Counted from the stretch's first letter, positions 40,801-56,589 are shown. The stretch is DNA of 64,000 nucleotides from the human T2T-CHM13v2.0 reference genome, Homo sapiens (GCF_009914755.1 NC_060928.1); one strand, 5' to 3'. Notes: generated by a model from the letters alone, not told the origin. Numbers and translations: made by a program.

Positions 40801-40914
40801 AATTAAAATTGGTGTGATGTTCTTTGGGCTGGTGGGTCTGAGGACTTGAGGTTGTAGGTGGATCTTTCTCAGGGAGCAAAGATGGGGGATTGATCTCCCA
40901 AGGGAGGTCCCCCA

Positions 40915-40932
40915 ATCCGAGTCACGGCACCA
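40915..40932 (-). other. Primer-binding site, tRNA-His
   Basis: TGGTGCCGTGACTCGGAT, complementary over 18/18 nt to the tRNA-His(GUG) 3' end including CCA, 2 nt after the 5' LTR. Confidence 0.95.
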
Positions 40933-40934
40933 AA

Positions 40935-41335
40935 TTTCATGTGAGTCCGTGTGAAGAGACCACCAAACAGGCTTTGTGTGAGCAACAAGGCTGTTTATTT
41001 CACCTGGGTGCAGGCGGGCTGAGTCTGAAAAGAGAGTCAGCTAAGGGAGATAGGTGTGGGGCCGTTTTATAGGATTTGTGTAGGTAAAGGAAAAAGGGGG
41101 GTTCTCTGGCAGGCAGGAGTGGGGGTCACAAGGTGCTCAGTAGGGGAGCTTTTGAGCCAGGATGAGCCAGGAGAAAGAATTTCACAAGATAATGTCATCA
41201 GTTAAGGCAGGAACAGGCCATTTTCATTTCTTTTGCGGTGGAATGTCATCAGTTAAGGCAGGAACAGGCCATCTGGATGTGTACATGCAGGTCACAGGGG
41301 ATATGATGGCTTAGCTTGGGCTCAGAGGCCTGACA
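40935..41335 (-). mobile_element. HERV-H 5' LTR (LTR7 family), promoter-type
   Basis: TGTCAGGCCTCTGAGCCCAAGCTAAGCC...CATGAAA; TATAAAA at 41065-41071; AATAAA at 40994-40999. Confidence 0.95.
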
Positions 41336-42574
41336 CAATTACCTCTGCAATCATGGAAGCCAGTTATTATCTGCCTTATTTCTTTCCTGAGAAAATTAAA
41401 TCTCAAATAAGTGATGAGTGTGGTAGTTAAACGTGGCAAGTCTATTGCTACATATTGGTTGGGCGAAGGGTTGAAATTCTAACTGCAGTTTCCAACATGA
41501 GGTCCAAACTTACTGGATGACTAAAGTGGAGCTAGTTCAGGCTTTGGAACTGAGCTACACTGGAATTCCATCTTCCCATATTCCACATGATCTTGAACAG
41601 GTATCATTTTAGAGCTTCATCTCTCATCTATAAAAAGAGCTTCAGTTTTCTCATCTATAAAAAGGATCTAATAGTACTTATCTTATAAGATTGCTTGGAA
41701 CATTACACATAATCTACATAAATATGTAGACTACATATTCCTTTCAAACCCACATGTGTTTCTGCTCTTTCCATTTTCAGAGTCAAAGTAGCTCAAGGTA
41801 AGAAAAAATGACAATTTAGAAGTGGACTAAATCGATAATATTCTTTTTTATCCCCCAAGGGAATGATTGACTTTTCTTTATTTTTGCTGTTATTCATTCT
41901 ACAGAAACAGGACCCTTTTATTCTTTGTTATTTGGTGGAATGAATAATCATGACTTTTTTTTTGACATTTTAAGTTTTTTAGTTAAATTTGCATTGTTTT
42001 TGTTCTACTTATCTGTGTATTTAGCACTTTAAGATTAAGTATCAACAGCAGGTTTCTCTTTCTCTGTTTTCCTGTCTATTTAATCTTTTTTTCGTGATTT
42101 TTAATAAAAATGTTAATTAAGATCCAAATGCAAGCTTACCTCCTGTTGCTTTATTACTCAGAACTCTGAGCGTCCTTCTTCCCTTCCGCTCCAGGCACCA
42201 CTGCCTCTGTCTAAAAGTGATGGGATTTCTAGTTTTTATCGAAGATTTTGTTTAACTCTACAGTTAAGCCTTGGTTCCAATATCTTGAATTTAATTCATG
42301 GTATGTGGAAAAACAAATCTGTCTTCAATTTGCAATACTGGCCAACTTGCTCACATAAACGATCTAAAACCTCACCTCCTCAATTCCCTTCATCTGCAAA
42401 TCACACAGCCTTTTCCTAATTTCCTGTCTTGAGAATGGGTCTCCCCATTCATTCCTCAGTCTTCATTACCTTTACCTCCGTAACTCATCCTCTCTTTTCC
42501 TCCTTCATCTATAGCTCCTCACACTCAGGGATTTCCATAGCACAGCAGAACCAATCTGGAGTCTGGATGAGCAG

Positions 42575-42760
42575 ATTTAAAGCAAGGTTCTCCACCTCGG
42601 CTGCATGTGAGAATCCTTTGGGGAGATATATAAACTGAAACCACCCAACTCCCAGATATTCTGCTTGAATTTATCTGGGTGGAGGCCATGCCTCAGACAT
42701 TTGAAAATCCTTCCAGGTGGTTCTGAGGAGAAGGCAAGGCAGATAACCACAGATCTGGTA
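42575..42760. mobile_element. MER5-family relic
   Basis: GGTTCTCCACCTCGGCTGCATGTGAGAATC...CCCAGATATTCTG...TTCCAGGTGGTTCTGA. Confidence 0.55.
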
Positions 42761-42832
42761 AATAAAATTTCTTAGAAGTGGGGCTAGTTCATGAAACAGC
42801 GCTTTTAGCAACACCTGGCCCCATCACCAAGT

Positions 42833-43142
42833 TTTTTTTTTTTTTTTTTTTTTTTGAGACAGAGTCTCGCTCTGTCACCCAGACTGGAGTGCAGTGGCAC
42901 TATCTTGGCTCACTGCAAGCCCACCTCCTGGGTTCACGCTATTCTCCCACCTCAGCCTCCTGAGTAGCTGGGACTACAGGGGCCCACCACCATGCCTGGC
43001 TAATTTTTTTTTTTTTTAATTTTTAGTAGAGACGGGGTTTCAACATGTTAGTCAGGATGGTCTCGATCTCCTGACATCGTGATCTGCCTGCTTCGTCCAC
43101 CCAAAGTGCTGGAATTACAGGCATGAGCCACTGCACCCCGCC
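42833..43142 (-). mobile_element. AluY SINE
   Basis: Y-type GGGTTCACGCTATTCTCC and GTTAGTCAGGATGGTCTCGATCTCC; TSD ATCACC(A/G)AGT. Confidence 0.9.
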
Positions 43143-43950
43143 ATCACCGAGTATTTCTTATGTCTCAAAAAACTGAGATCCACTGATATTGATTATTATT
43201 TTGAATATAGAGAAAATAAGAGCCTCTACATAATAGGGCTATTGTGAGAATTAATTGGTTTAAAAATACGTGGTAATAACTTCAAACACTTTTACAGTAG
43301 CTCTTGAATAATTTAAGGTGCTATCATTGTAATTGTTATTATTGCTCTATCCCTTATAATTTAAAAACTTTTTGTTCTGGGAAAAAAAATTATTCTCAGA
43401 GAGGCTAACTGACCCAAATTTACATAACTAGTCTGGCATAACAAGCACATACATCCAGAACTCCTGTCATCTATCTGCTTTTTAAGCTTCTTATTTCCAG
43501 CATGCTATGTCATTTATTTGCTTTAAACAGTTAAGTTGCTATATAAAGAAGGTTACTGACATTGGCAATTATCAGAAACTCCAAGTTAAAAAATCAGGAC
43601 ACTCAGTACAAAGTGCTTCATTTTTTTGTGTCCCTACACCTTAGCTCTTGCTTTGAGTTCTGTGGCTTTCAGCATTCAGTAAAAATTTCCTTGCAGGTTC
43701 CTTTCAAATGCTATCTCCTATATAGTCGCTCTACTGGTGTCCCAGGTAATCTCTCTCTTTTCTGTGATCCCAGCACGCTCTAAATATCTCAGTTATATTA
43801 CTTACAAACATGTGTTGTTCTATCTCCCTTAGTTTTGTTTGCTGGAAAAGACCATAGTTTATTAAATGTATACTTCAATAACTCTAAACCTTTATTGGCC
43901 CTGTGGTCAAAACATAATAGGTGGATAATGAACATATTCTTGTTGAATGA

Positions 43951-44346
<396 letters not shown>

Positions 44347-44732
44347 TTAGACAAACTCAGATACCCAAAGTCATAAGGTAGAGATTTTCAGGGACCCAAT
44401 GTGCTCTTAAAATTTGCATTTTTCTATAGCTTACCCAATCCCTAATTCTCATTATTCAAATGACCATCTACTCTTAATTTAAGGGATGAAATATTAGTGC
44501 CCCTTAGAATTTTTGTAAGGAGCAGAATTGAGATTTTAGGAAATTTGCAAGGTTTCTTTGGGTCTTATCTCTAAAATGATGTTGCTGGAAAGATTAGTAT
44601 TTTTTAAATTGTAATAATGTAGAAATTTGATACTTTATTGGTGAAATACATTTTTTTAGTGAAAAAAATGATAAACTTTCCATTAGAAAAAATGGAATAA
44701 CGATAAACTTCAATTAGAAAAATGGAATAATG

Positions 44733-45123
<391 letters not shown>

Positions 45124-46393
45124 CTATAAATAGGAGAAAAAAAGGACTTAGAAAAAGAAGTAGATCAGGATTCAGGGTCTTTAATTTTCTCCCCCTACCC
45201 TCCATGGATAAGGAACCTAAGCAGATGATAAAGACTTTAAAAATCCAAATAGGTATGGGAAAGCCTGGCAACAAATGTGGCGGTGCCATGCTTTCTCTGA
45301 CATAAATATGGAGGACTGCAAGTTTCTAGGAGAACCCTGCTTGTAGCCATCACAGTCTCATGCTGGCTGATGCAAGGTGATGACACAAGTCCTTGTTGGC
45401 TGCATCTGTGGGAAGCAGCTGAACAGTGAACAAATCGCAGCATCCCTGTCTTCCCAGGGCCTGGATGTATCGTTCAGGAGACCCAGATGACCCCATGAAG
45501 TTTTTGAAAGCAAGGAGTGAAGAATAAGGAGTCCCTATAGACGAAGTCTTCTGGACTCAGTGTCGGAACCATGGACTCTTGGAGGTGCTCACACAGTACT
45601 TTCCAAAAGGTGTTCAGAGGCAGTGCACCACTAATCCACTGTCTATACCAGTTTCGTCAATGAATTAGTGAATAAAATAATCATTTTATAATGATCCACT
45701 AATCTATTGAATCAACTGGTGTAGCCATTGCAGGCATGGACCACCAAGGGTCCAGAGGATGCACTGTGTGCACCCGAGGACCTCCCCCAACCCACAGCTT
45801 CTGTGAGGACACAGTGAGCTCCTTCCAATACCCCTATGGCTTCTTGGATAAGAACTTTTAGAACAACCATTACCTATAAGGTTCCTGGTATGACTGCCTC
45901 AGTGAAAGGTTGCTAGATTATCCTTAATTTAGTCACCTTCCTCCTAGATCAGAGGAGGGGGAAGGCTCTAGTGAAAAACCAATCATTTGTAGGTAAAATA
46001 AAGGAGCTGCATTTTCTCTGGGGCAGGGGATTGGAAACACACACACACACTAATGATGTCTTAAGCAATTGGCATATGCTACTATATGTCTACATGTAAG
46101 TGGCACTTTGTTATTTTAATGTTCATGTTTGATAGTGTTCTGAAAAAAAAATCTTATGTCTCAGATGTTTGGGTACCTGAAAAACAATTTAAAGACTTGC
46201 TGAAATGGAAAATTTGTGAAGGCTCCTCCAGCATTAATTGTGATTTGGTTAATTTAATTTAGCCTAAAATAAAGTTCTAATTTTTATTAGGCATTTCTAT
46301 TTTTATCATTTGAAAATTGTGTTATGTAGTCTCTAATTTCATCAGGGAGACAGAAACCCATAATATTAATTTCTCTGTCAAAAATTTAAACAA

Positions 46394-46610
46394 GATGAGA
46401 ACACATGGACACATGGGGGAAAACAACACATGTTGGGGCCTGTCGGGGGCTGGGAGGAGGGAGAGCATCAGGAAGAACAGCTAATGGATGTTGGGCTTAA
46501 TACCTAGGTGATGGGTTGATCGGTGCAGCAAAACACCATGGTACACATTTACCTATGTAACAAACCTGCACACCCTGCTCATGTACCCTGGAACTTAAAA
46601 GTTGATGAAA
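46394..46610 (+). mobile_element. Old L1PA (about PA13-16) 3' UTR fragment
   Basis: GATGAGAACACATGGACACA...GGGCTTAATACCTAGGTGATGGGTTGAT...GGAACTTAAAAG; flanked by imperfect repeat ...TTAAACAA. Confidence 0.85.
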
Positions 46611-47589
46611 AACAATTAAACAAATAAATTTAACTTAGGCTACCAATCCAACAAAGGTAAAAGGCTCAACACACTTAGGCCTCGACTTAGAGCATGTGTA
46701 CTAAATGCACCATGATTTTCTTCCAGGGTGGGAGAGTGAACCAAATGTAGCTATACACATGTATGGCTTATATAAAAAATCTTGAGTGATAAATTTCAGT
46801 TTTTGCCATTTCCATGGTTGTTTGATTTTGGACAATAGACTTTGACTTGTTTATTTCATCTGTAGCTCATCTATTACTCTACCTACTGGGGATCTACAAG
46901 TGAAAAAAATCATGTCGAGTGCATAGAGCATTGCAAATGTGCTTATATTTTTCATAGGTCCTCATATCTAGAATAGGACAGATTCTCACATAATAATGAT
47001 TATGAGAGGTGGACACTCAGGGAAATGCCAAAGAGATGACTTATTTGCCTTTTTCCTGCTACTTTAATGTGTTTAATTCTTTTACTTGTTTTAGCTGATT
47101 TATGAGACCCCATTCCCTCATTCTCATGTGTTTTTTACATTTTCTTTTAGCACCTGCTATGTATCAGGCATGTTGCTAGATATTGTGAATGCACTGATTT
47201 TTTTTTTTTTAAGTTTGTCTCTGGCCTTTGGCAGAGTATAAAATGGTGGAGGCGAGACAGAACTCTGCACGAGCATTCTAATGTACTTGGTAAGCGAATA
47301 CGAAAGATATGCCTTAGGTAGTACAATCATGGAGAAAGGCCACATAACACAATTTAGAGAGGTTGCCAAGGCTTTTGGGGGAAGTTGCTGATGGAGTGTA
47401 TCTCCAAAGATGCGTATGCAAGATTAGGTGATGCAGAGGCATTTTCCTGAAGGAAAAAACAGATGTTCCAAGCCAAGTGATCAACTTTGTTGGTGATGCT
47501 GGAACATAGAGGGGAAGGTGGTTGGTGATACAGAAGAGGTATCCTGAGATTAATTACAAAGGGCCTTATATTCCCAAGTGTTTTTCCAG

Positions 47590-48380
47590 AGCCTACTATG
47601 TGTAAGCACTCTTCAAGAAACCAAGGGTCAAGCAATGAACACGTCAGATGACCTGTCTCTTGGAGCATATGCTGTAATAGGAAGAGATAGACAATGAAGT
47701 GTAAGCCTAAATTTAGGAGATAACTTGAGATTGTGATTAGTACTATGAAGGAAATAAATAGGGCATTGCCAAGAAAGTTACAGATGCTGGAGAAAGAGTA
47801 CTTCAGAAAGAGTACCTGGAGACGGCCCCTCGGAAGAAGTGATCTGAAATCTGAAGGTGACAAGAAGCCATCCAGGAGAGAACAGAGAGAAGAACATGAA
47901 TAGAAGAGAACAGAGTGTGCTGTGCAATGCCACAGGGTGGGTTGAAAAAGAGCTTGGTGTACTTGAGAAACAGAAAGAAGACCAGCAAGGTTGAAAGATG
48001 GAGGTGAAGAGGAGAATGGTAAGAGGCGGGGTCAGAAAGGCAGGTGGTGGTGAGGCTTTGCGGAGCCTTGTGAACTCAACAAAGATTTTGGGTTTCATGC
48101 TAGGTGTCTGAGGGGAAGTCTTTGGGGGTATTTTAAGCAGGAGAATGGCATGATCTCATGCATTTTTAAAAGGTTACTGTGGCGACTCGATGGAGGAAGC
48201 ACTTTGGGAGCAACTGTGGGCAAAGGGAGGCCAGGTATGAGGCTTTTGCCCTTGTCCAGGTGAGAGGTGATGATAGCTTGGATGCATTATTTCACTGGTG
48301 TTGCTCTGTGAACAGTGAAGGTGTGGCTGTGAGGTGACACACTTGAGGCTGCATGAAGTGTAATAATGAGATGAAAAGAA
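47590..48380 (-). mobile_element. L2 relic
   Basis: GAGCCTACTATGTGTAAGCACT...GAAGTGATCTGAAATCTGAAGG...TTTTAAGCAGGAGAATGGCATGATCT. Confidence 0.7.
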
Positions 48381-48903
48381 GCGCATTGTTGGAAAGAGGC
48401 AAGGAACTAATTTCTCGTTTCTTGATTTGTTTCTGTCCATGGACAGTTTGCAGTGATCATGCTCTGTTAGACAAGACAGAGAGTCAGTTGGGCAGGTAAT
48501 AGCACATTTGCAGTAGATAACCTGGAATACTGAGAACTTAGGTAGCTTCTGTCAAGGTTGCTCATTTAACTTGTAGATAAAGTCAAACTCGAACACAGTT
48601 TGGTTGGACTCCACATTTAATGTTCTTTCCACTAAATCACAACCATCATGTGTAATACAACAGTTCACAGAGTGCTGTTTGGGAGGCTGAAGGTTGAGCA
48701 GTCCATATGTGGTTGACAGAATAGTTCTCTAAAACTCTACACATTACTTTTACTCAAGGATCCTCCCAAAGGCCAATTGTGAGTAGTTCCAAGGGTTTGT
48801 CACCAGAGTGGATGAATTCAGGTGCACTACATGTAGCCTTATCCACTGTATCTCTTCTTATAACCAAGGCAATATGTAAATTAATTAAATAATAATAAGA
48901 GAA

Positions 48904-49199
48904 GGTTGGGCGCGGTGGCTCCCACTGGTAATCCCAGCACTTTCGGAGGCCGAGGTGGGTGGATAACGAGGTCAGGAGTTTGAACCAGCCTGGCCAACAC
49001 AGTGAAACCCCATCTCTACTAAAATACAAAAGTTAGCTGGGTGTGGTGGTGGGCACCTGTAATCCCAGCTACTTGGGAGGCTGAGGCAGGGGAATTGCTT
49101 AAGCCCAGGAGGCGGAGGTCACAGTGAGCCAAGATCACGCACTGCACTCCAGCCTGGGCAACAGAGCTAGACTCTGTCTCAAGGAAAAAAAAAAAAAAA
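48904..49199 (+). mobile_element. AluS (Sg-like) SINE
   Basis: Full dimer, ACGAGGTCAGGAGTTTGA, A tail. Confidence 0.9.
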
Positions 49200-49676
49200 G
49201 AAGATCAGCAGGTCATAGTGGTGTTCAGTTTGGAAGCAGGAAAATAGTAAATACAATTTCTAAGTTCTGATTTACAGTTTCTACAAATGCTAAGACTGAG
49301 TGAAGAAAAATCTGCCCCATTTTGGTGAGAGCTTATCAACTCGGTAGGCAATAGGATTTTTGTGATATGATTACATCTTTGTTCACAAATGTTCTGAAAA
49401 GTGAAAAATGAAAGGAAAACAAAAAGCACATGGGAAGCGGGTACAGTACTGCTACTTCCTGCAGGGAGCATGGTAAAAAGGCACATTGATTCCAAGCAGC
49501 TATTTATTGAGATTTAAAATGTTTGCTTGAACAATTTTCAAAAATTTGAATTTGGTTAGGGCCATATTTTATATTGCATATGCTAAGGCACAGTCTTTTA
49601 TATAGAAGGATTAGTAAGTTCATGTGCCATTGTGGCTATTCTTAATCCACTTTGGCGGTCCCCTTCCAAGTTTTCC

Positions 49677-49770
49677 TTTTTTTTTTTCTTTGAGACAGAG
49701 TTTCACTTGGTTGCCAGGCTGGAGTGCAGTGGCGTGAACTTGGCTCACTGCAGCCTCCTCCTCCCAGGCT
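49677..49770 (-). mobile_element. Truncated Alu right-arm fragment
   Basis: T-tail then GAGACAGAGTTTCAC...CCAGGCTGGAGTGCAGTGGCG...CTCCCAGG. Confidence 0.85.
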
Positions 49771-50118
49771 TAGCCCACTTTGTGACTAACCAGAACAGAT
49801 ACTGACAACAGTCAATGAGACCCTCTTGGTGCGAATGCACTTAGCATCAGCCTGAATACAAGCACTTTGTCTAGGAAACTTATAAACTATGGAATTACTC
49901 ATGTAAGTATAAAAATCATGCAGTATTCTAAGAATTGGTATTATTGATTTTCCTTTCTTTCAATCCTTATTGTTAGTCTTGTTATAATTTATACAAATCA
50001 ATTTTTTGTGTGTAGCTTTTGGACTTAGAGTATGTTCCTTGGTTGATTTGATCATATATCATCTTGGGATTAGAGATTTTTAAAAATCACAGAAATCAAT
50101 TATTCTAATAAAATGCAA

Positions 50119-50448
<330 letters not shown>

Positions 50449-51169
50449 TCATTGATCTCTCTGTTGTCAGCACCAAAACATCCTTATTTTTATAATGAGG
50501 GGATGGGACAGAGAAACTAAAGGCTTAAGTTCCAAATTCACCTACTAAATAGTGGATGGCCAGTACAAGAAGCCAGCTCTGCCAACTTGCCCCTTTTGCC
50601 GTTGGCTTAACAGAAAGATCACACTGTTTTATTACTTTATTCCTGGCCTCCTAAGACTAAAATGAAATTGAAAACTTCTATCACCTGGCGACATCCTGAT
50701 CATCTTGATGCTATGTAGGACTTAGCTAATGTGTGTGTTTGTGTCTTAGTTTTAATAAAAAAAGTTTAAAAAGTAAAAACAATTAAATTAAATTAGAAAG
50801 CATATAGAATAAGGATATAAAGAAAAATATTTTTGTACAGCTATATAAGGTGTTTGGGTTTTAAGCTAAGTTTTATTACAAAATAATCAAAAAGGTAAAA
50901 AGTTAAAAGTGTATGAAATTAAAAATATATATAGTAAGCAAAGATTAATTTATTATTGGAGAAATTTTTTTAAAATAAAACTAATGTAGCCTAAGTGTCC
51001 AGTGTTGATAAGGTCAACAGTAGTGTGCAGTCATGTCCTAGGCCTTCACATTCGCTCACCACTCATTCACTGACCCACCCAGAGAAACTTCCTGCCATTC
51101 AGGCTCCATTCACAGGAAGACCCTTATACAGGTGTACTCTTTTTCTCATTTATGCCATATTTTTACTGT

Positions 51170-51856
<687 letters not shown>

Positions 51857-51922
51857 CTGTCAATAGGATTTTGCATGTACGGTCATCAGGGGTATTGGCT
51901 TGTAGTTTTCTTTTCTTTTATC

Positions 51923-51954
<32 letters not shown>

Positions 51955-52062
51955 GGTTTCTTTGTCTAATTTTGACATCAAGGTAATGTTGGCCTCTAAG
52001 AATGAGCTTGGAAGAATTTCCTCCACTTAAATATTTTGTAATAGCTTAAGAAGAATTGGTAT

Positions 52063-52066
<4 letters not shown>

Positions 52067-52110
<44 letters not shown>
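52067..52110. repeat. (TG)22 microsatellite in an Alu tail
   Basis: Perfect TG run of 44 bp. Confidence 0.95.
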
Positions 52111-52404
<294 letters not shown>

Positions 52405-55400
52405 CAGTACTGTGTTTACAGAAAAAAAAAAAAAAGGTAGAATTCTGCAGTAAATTATTCAGGCCAAAAGCTTGTTTTGGTACCTTTTCTATGTTTAGAT
52501 AAGTTTAGATAAACAAACATTTACCATTGTGCTGCAATTGCCTGCAGTATTCAGTATAGTAACATGCTATACAGGCTTGTAGCATAGAAGCCATAAGCTA
52601 TACCATATAACTTGGGTGTGATGTGTAGCAGGTGCTACCATCTAAGTCTGTGTAAGTACTTTTTATGATGTTCAAACAATGATGAAATCACTTAATGATG
52701 TGTTTCTCCGAAAATATTAATATACTCATTGTTAAACAATGTATACCTGCCATTGTAAACCAAGTTTAATTGTTAATAGCATATTTGAATATTTAAAAGT
52801 GGTGCCCTGAAAAATCTCAAATATGATTCACATAGGTACAAGTAAAAAGATGTGGAAAGGTAAGGAATTCACAGACTCAAAGGGAAAAGATGGACCTCTG
52901 GTACTTATAAAATTTTAGAGAAAGGTGAGACATGCTCACAAATTTATCTTCTCTACTCCTTTCATATTCACAAAATCTTAGTCAATATTGATCAAAGAAT
53001 AAATGTTCAGGTAAAAAGAGAAAAAAGTAAGGTTAATATTCTCATTTATTCATTTTTTATTTAGGTAAAATGTATTGGGTTTTAAGAATGTATGCCTAGG
53101 ATAAAGAAGTCAAAAAGAGAGTTCCTGTACCTTGGGGCTCGTTGCTCGTTAGGAAATTAAGCCCCAAGTACAGCTGTAATACAATGAGCCCACAGCATGA
53201 AACAGAGCTTCACAAATTTTACTAACCGAAATTTCATCTTGGAGAATCATTTGGACATTTTTACCAATCAATCTTTTTATTATTTATTAATCATAACACA
53301 TTTGTAACGAATATACATTATCATTCATTAGATACATTGTAATATTTCAATTGCATTAAAACAAATACACCAAATTAGTGAAATAAAGGTGTCCATTCAT
53401 GTGACACCAAAAACCCCATTACCTACTACCAGTGATAGGTATCCAAAACTCACTGGAAGATTAATATCGAAGACATTCATATAAAGTTCCACAGGAACAC
53501 AAAGAGAAAGGAAGGAGAATCATCATGAGCATATTTGCACTTTGAAAAAATCATTCTGGCACAATCAGGGACAGACATGTTGTGGGAGGGAATCTGAGGC
53601 TACAATTCCTCCTGAGAAGCTACTGGAAGTGCCTCTTTAAGTAAAGATCAGCAACTCTCCTAGGACAGTCTTACCGGGGATAGACCAGCAGAAACAAGTA
53701 TGAGAGATGTTTAAATGGTAGAATTATCAAAATGTGGTGCCTACTTAGAGTGAAATAAACATATAATAAGAGCTCCGATAGGGCCTTAGTTAACTAGACT
53801 AATAATGTGTACCATTAACCAGGAGAGAAAATCAGGAGAAATAATACAGATGGGCCAGGAAGGATAAATAATTATTTCTGGGATCAATGGTACAACCAAG
53901 AGGAAAGCCCCACAGGCAGTAGTAAATGCCATTCTGGATTCCTGAAAACACTGTTTACAAATAAGAATCTCAAAGGCAATAAGCACATTATTAAAAAGGT
54001 TTAACCTAACTATTATTTTTAAAATTAAACAGCAGCACTATTAAAATGAGAAAGTATTAAAACTATAATTCTCAAATTTAAAAAAAAAGCCAAAGAAAAT
54101 GGGCACTCGTAAGTGTCTGGTAAAATTTTAAATAGTTTAACCTTTCAGTAAAGCATTTTGCCAGTAAATAGCCAAGGCTATGAAGGTGAACATGCTTTTT
54201 GTCCCAGCATATATGCATCTAGGAATTTATTCTAAGGACATTGAAATATATACTTGTAAAAACATTAATAAGAATGTATTTATAAATTATAATTATGAGA
54301 AATTAAGAACAATTTCAAATTGATAAAAAGTAAATGATTAAGCCCACTGTGATATATTTATGTAATAAAATAACATATTAAAGTAATAATAAGTGATGCG
54401 AGAAAGTGTGAACTTTTTTGCTAAATTAAAAAATACATGCTCTAGAAGAGCAATTATGATCTATATATTTTTGAAGGTAAGTAAGGATATTCACCAAACT
54501 CTTAACAGAGCTTTTTTATGGAAAATAAACAATAGTAATGTCTACCTTTTATAGTCACACAAAAATGAAAACAAAGAATATATACATCACATATCTAAGG
54601 TAACAAAGAGCTTCTGGGACTGGGATGAAACCTGCCTCAATCTGAGCTTCCACTGGTTGAGTCCAATCCCCACTCTTGAGTAGGTCCTTTTTATATTGCA
54701 TGTGATACTAAAATAGGAGAACAAGAATGCTCCTCCAGCCCTTCCTCACCACTGTCCTGAATCACAAGCCTACCTGTAGGATCGACTTCTGATACTGATC
54801 AAGTACTAAAACTGGAGTCTCATATAGTCCTTATTTCCTCTCTGCTCTCATCCCTTAGCCTAGCTATTGCCCTTATTTAAGATAACCTGAAAAACATTAA
54901 GATGGCTATTGATAATAATGATTCGGTAACCATTATATTATTAGAGTAACTAATAGTTGCTTTCTATGATTATCCATTTAATTTTAAACCACTGTATAGT
55001 TTATAAAGCACTATTATGTGAATCATGTCATGTAGTCCTTATAGAAATAGTGCAGTGCATAGAATGTTTATTAGGGCATTTTTTAATGGACAAACTAAGA
55101 AGTGAATAACTTGCCCAAAGACATTTGCTAATGATTGGCACAGCGACTTCTGACTTCAAAGTGTCCGTGATATTTGGACATGGATTTTGGAACTGCTCTT
55201 CTTATCAGCTTTGCAATCCTTCACCTTTTTGCCTTAGTTTTTCATTTGTAAAATGGATGTAATACTTTTATTTCTTAGGGCTGTTGCGAGGAAATGGAAA
55301 TAGACCAGCATCATAGGGAAAAGACATACTTTTAGTGTCCTTGGTTGACATATTAGAATTCTGCAAGTGATTGAGAATAAAAGAGTAGATCTTGACAAAC

Positions 55401-55601
55401 TTTCAAAGTGGTCCTGTAAAACTAATGTTCCAATTCTAAACCTGACCATCCTGGCACCAGGGAACACATGGGCACCCAGGTTAAGGTGACTCTACTCTTG
55501 GGCCCTCTGGTGCTCCCCTATCATAGAACTCAGCATACACCGTGTCCTGGTTTGCTTGCCATCTGCGTTAGTCCGTTTTCACACTCCTGGTACCAATTTT
55601 C

Positions 55602-55965
55602 CATATTAGTCCATTTTCACACTGCTCCAAAGAACTACCTGAGACTGAGTAATTTATAAAGAAAAGAGGTTTAATTGACACAGTTCTGCATGTCTGGGGA
55701 GGCCTCAAGAAACTTACAATAAAGGTGAAAAGTGAAGGGGAAGCAGGCACCTTCTTCATGAGGCAGAAGGAGAGAGAGAGCGTGAAACGGAACTGCTAAA
55801 CACTTTTAAGCCATCAGATCTCTTGAGAGCTCACTCACTATCATGAGAATAGCATGGGGGAACCACCCTCAGGATCCAATCACCTCCCACTAGGTCCCTC
55901 CGTGGACATGTGGGGATTACAATTCCAGATGAGATTTGGGTGGAGACACACAGCCAAACTATATA
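55602..55965 (-). mobile_element. THE1D/MSTA-like MaLR solo LTR
   Basis: TATTAGTCCATTTTCACACTGCT...GAGACTGAGTAATTTATAAAG...ATGAGATTTGGGTGGAGACAC. Confidence 0.85.
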
Positions 55966-56589
55966 CCATCATTTCTTCAGTAGAATGTGAGCGTCTTACA
56001 TTCTTATGCTTCTGGCCTATGCTCTCACCTCTGTTCCCCTGCTTTTAGAGGTATCCTGACATGTTGCAGCCCCAGATGAACAGTTTTCAAATAAGACACG
56101 ATTCTGTTGAGGAGATGCAAATCTGCTCTAGGCAGCTCTGGAGCTAGGAAAGTGATCACATGGGAGGGATCCAGCCAGTTTAGGTGTTTCTCTTCCAAAT
56201 AGCTAAAGAACTTAGAAAATAATATAGATATGCAGATATTTATATTTAGATAACAGTTATACATTTGGAAATTTGATAATTCAAGAAAAGTAGAAAGCAA
56301 AAAAATATTTTCCAACCATCCATGTTTAGACATCATTATTTTCTTCTTCATCTTCATTATTAACATTTATTGAGTATATATATAATATGCATATATACAC
56401 ACACAAGCCCTATAGTAAATATTTTATGCATATTAAAGTATTTAACCCCTACCATTCTGTATTATAGGTTAAATCATTATCTCCATTTTACAGACGAAGA
56501 AACCTGAAACAGAGATAAGTTAAATTTGAGTTGCTCAAGGTCCCACATCATTTTGTTGTGTGCGTGTGTGTGTGCAGCAAGCAATATCA

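Larger units (their letters stand above)
35643..41335 (-). mobile_element. HERV-H provirus, common ~5.7-kb deleted (RTVL-H2-like) form
   Basis: Two 401-bp LTRs, 5-bp TSD CAATT (35638-35642, 41336-41340), tRNA-His PBS, PPT, and gag/pro/pol/env remnants in retroviral order. Confidence 0.97.

Noticed and set aside
40914-40932. tRNA-His gene
   Set aside because: Only the 3'-terminal 18-19 nt including CCA match, at the LTR boundary; this is a retroviral PBS.
41611-41665. ~26-bp tandem duplication (AGAGCTTCA...CTCATCTATAAAAAG)
   Set aside because: A small slippage duplication within a MIR core with no sign of function.
47354-47863. 169-aa minus-strand ORF
   Set aside because: Overlaps a decayed L2, is compositionally biased, and shows no recognisable protein similarity.
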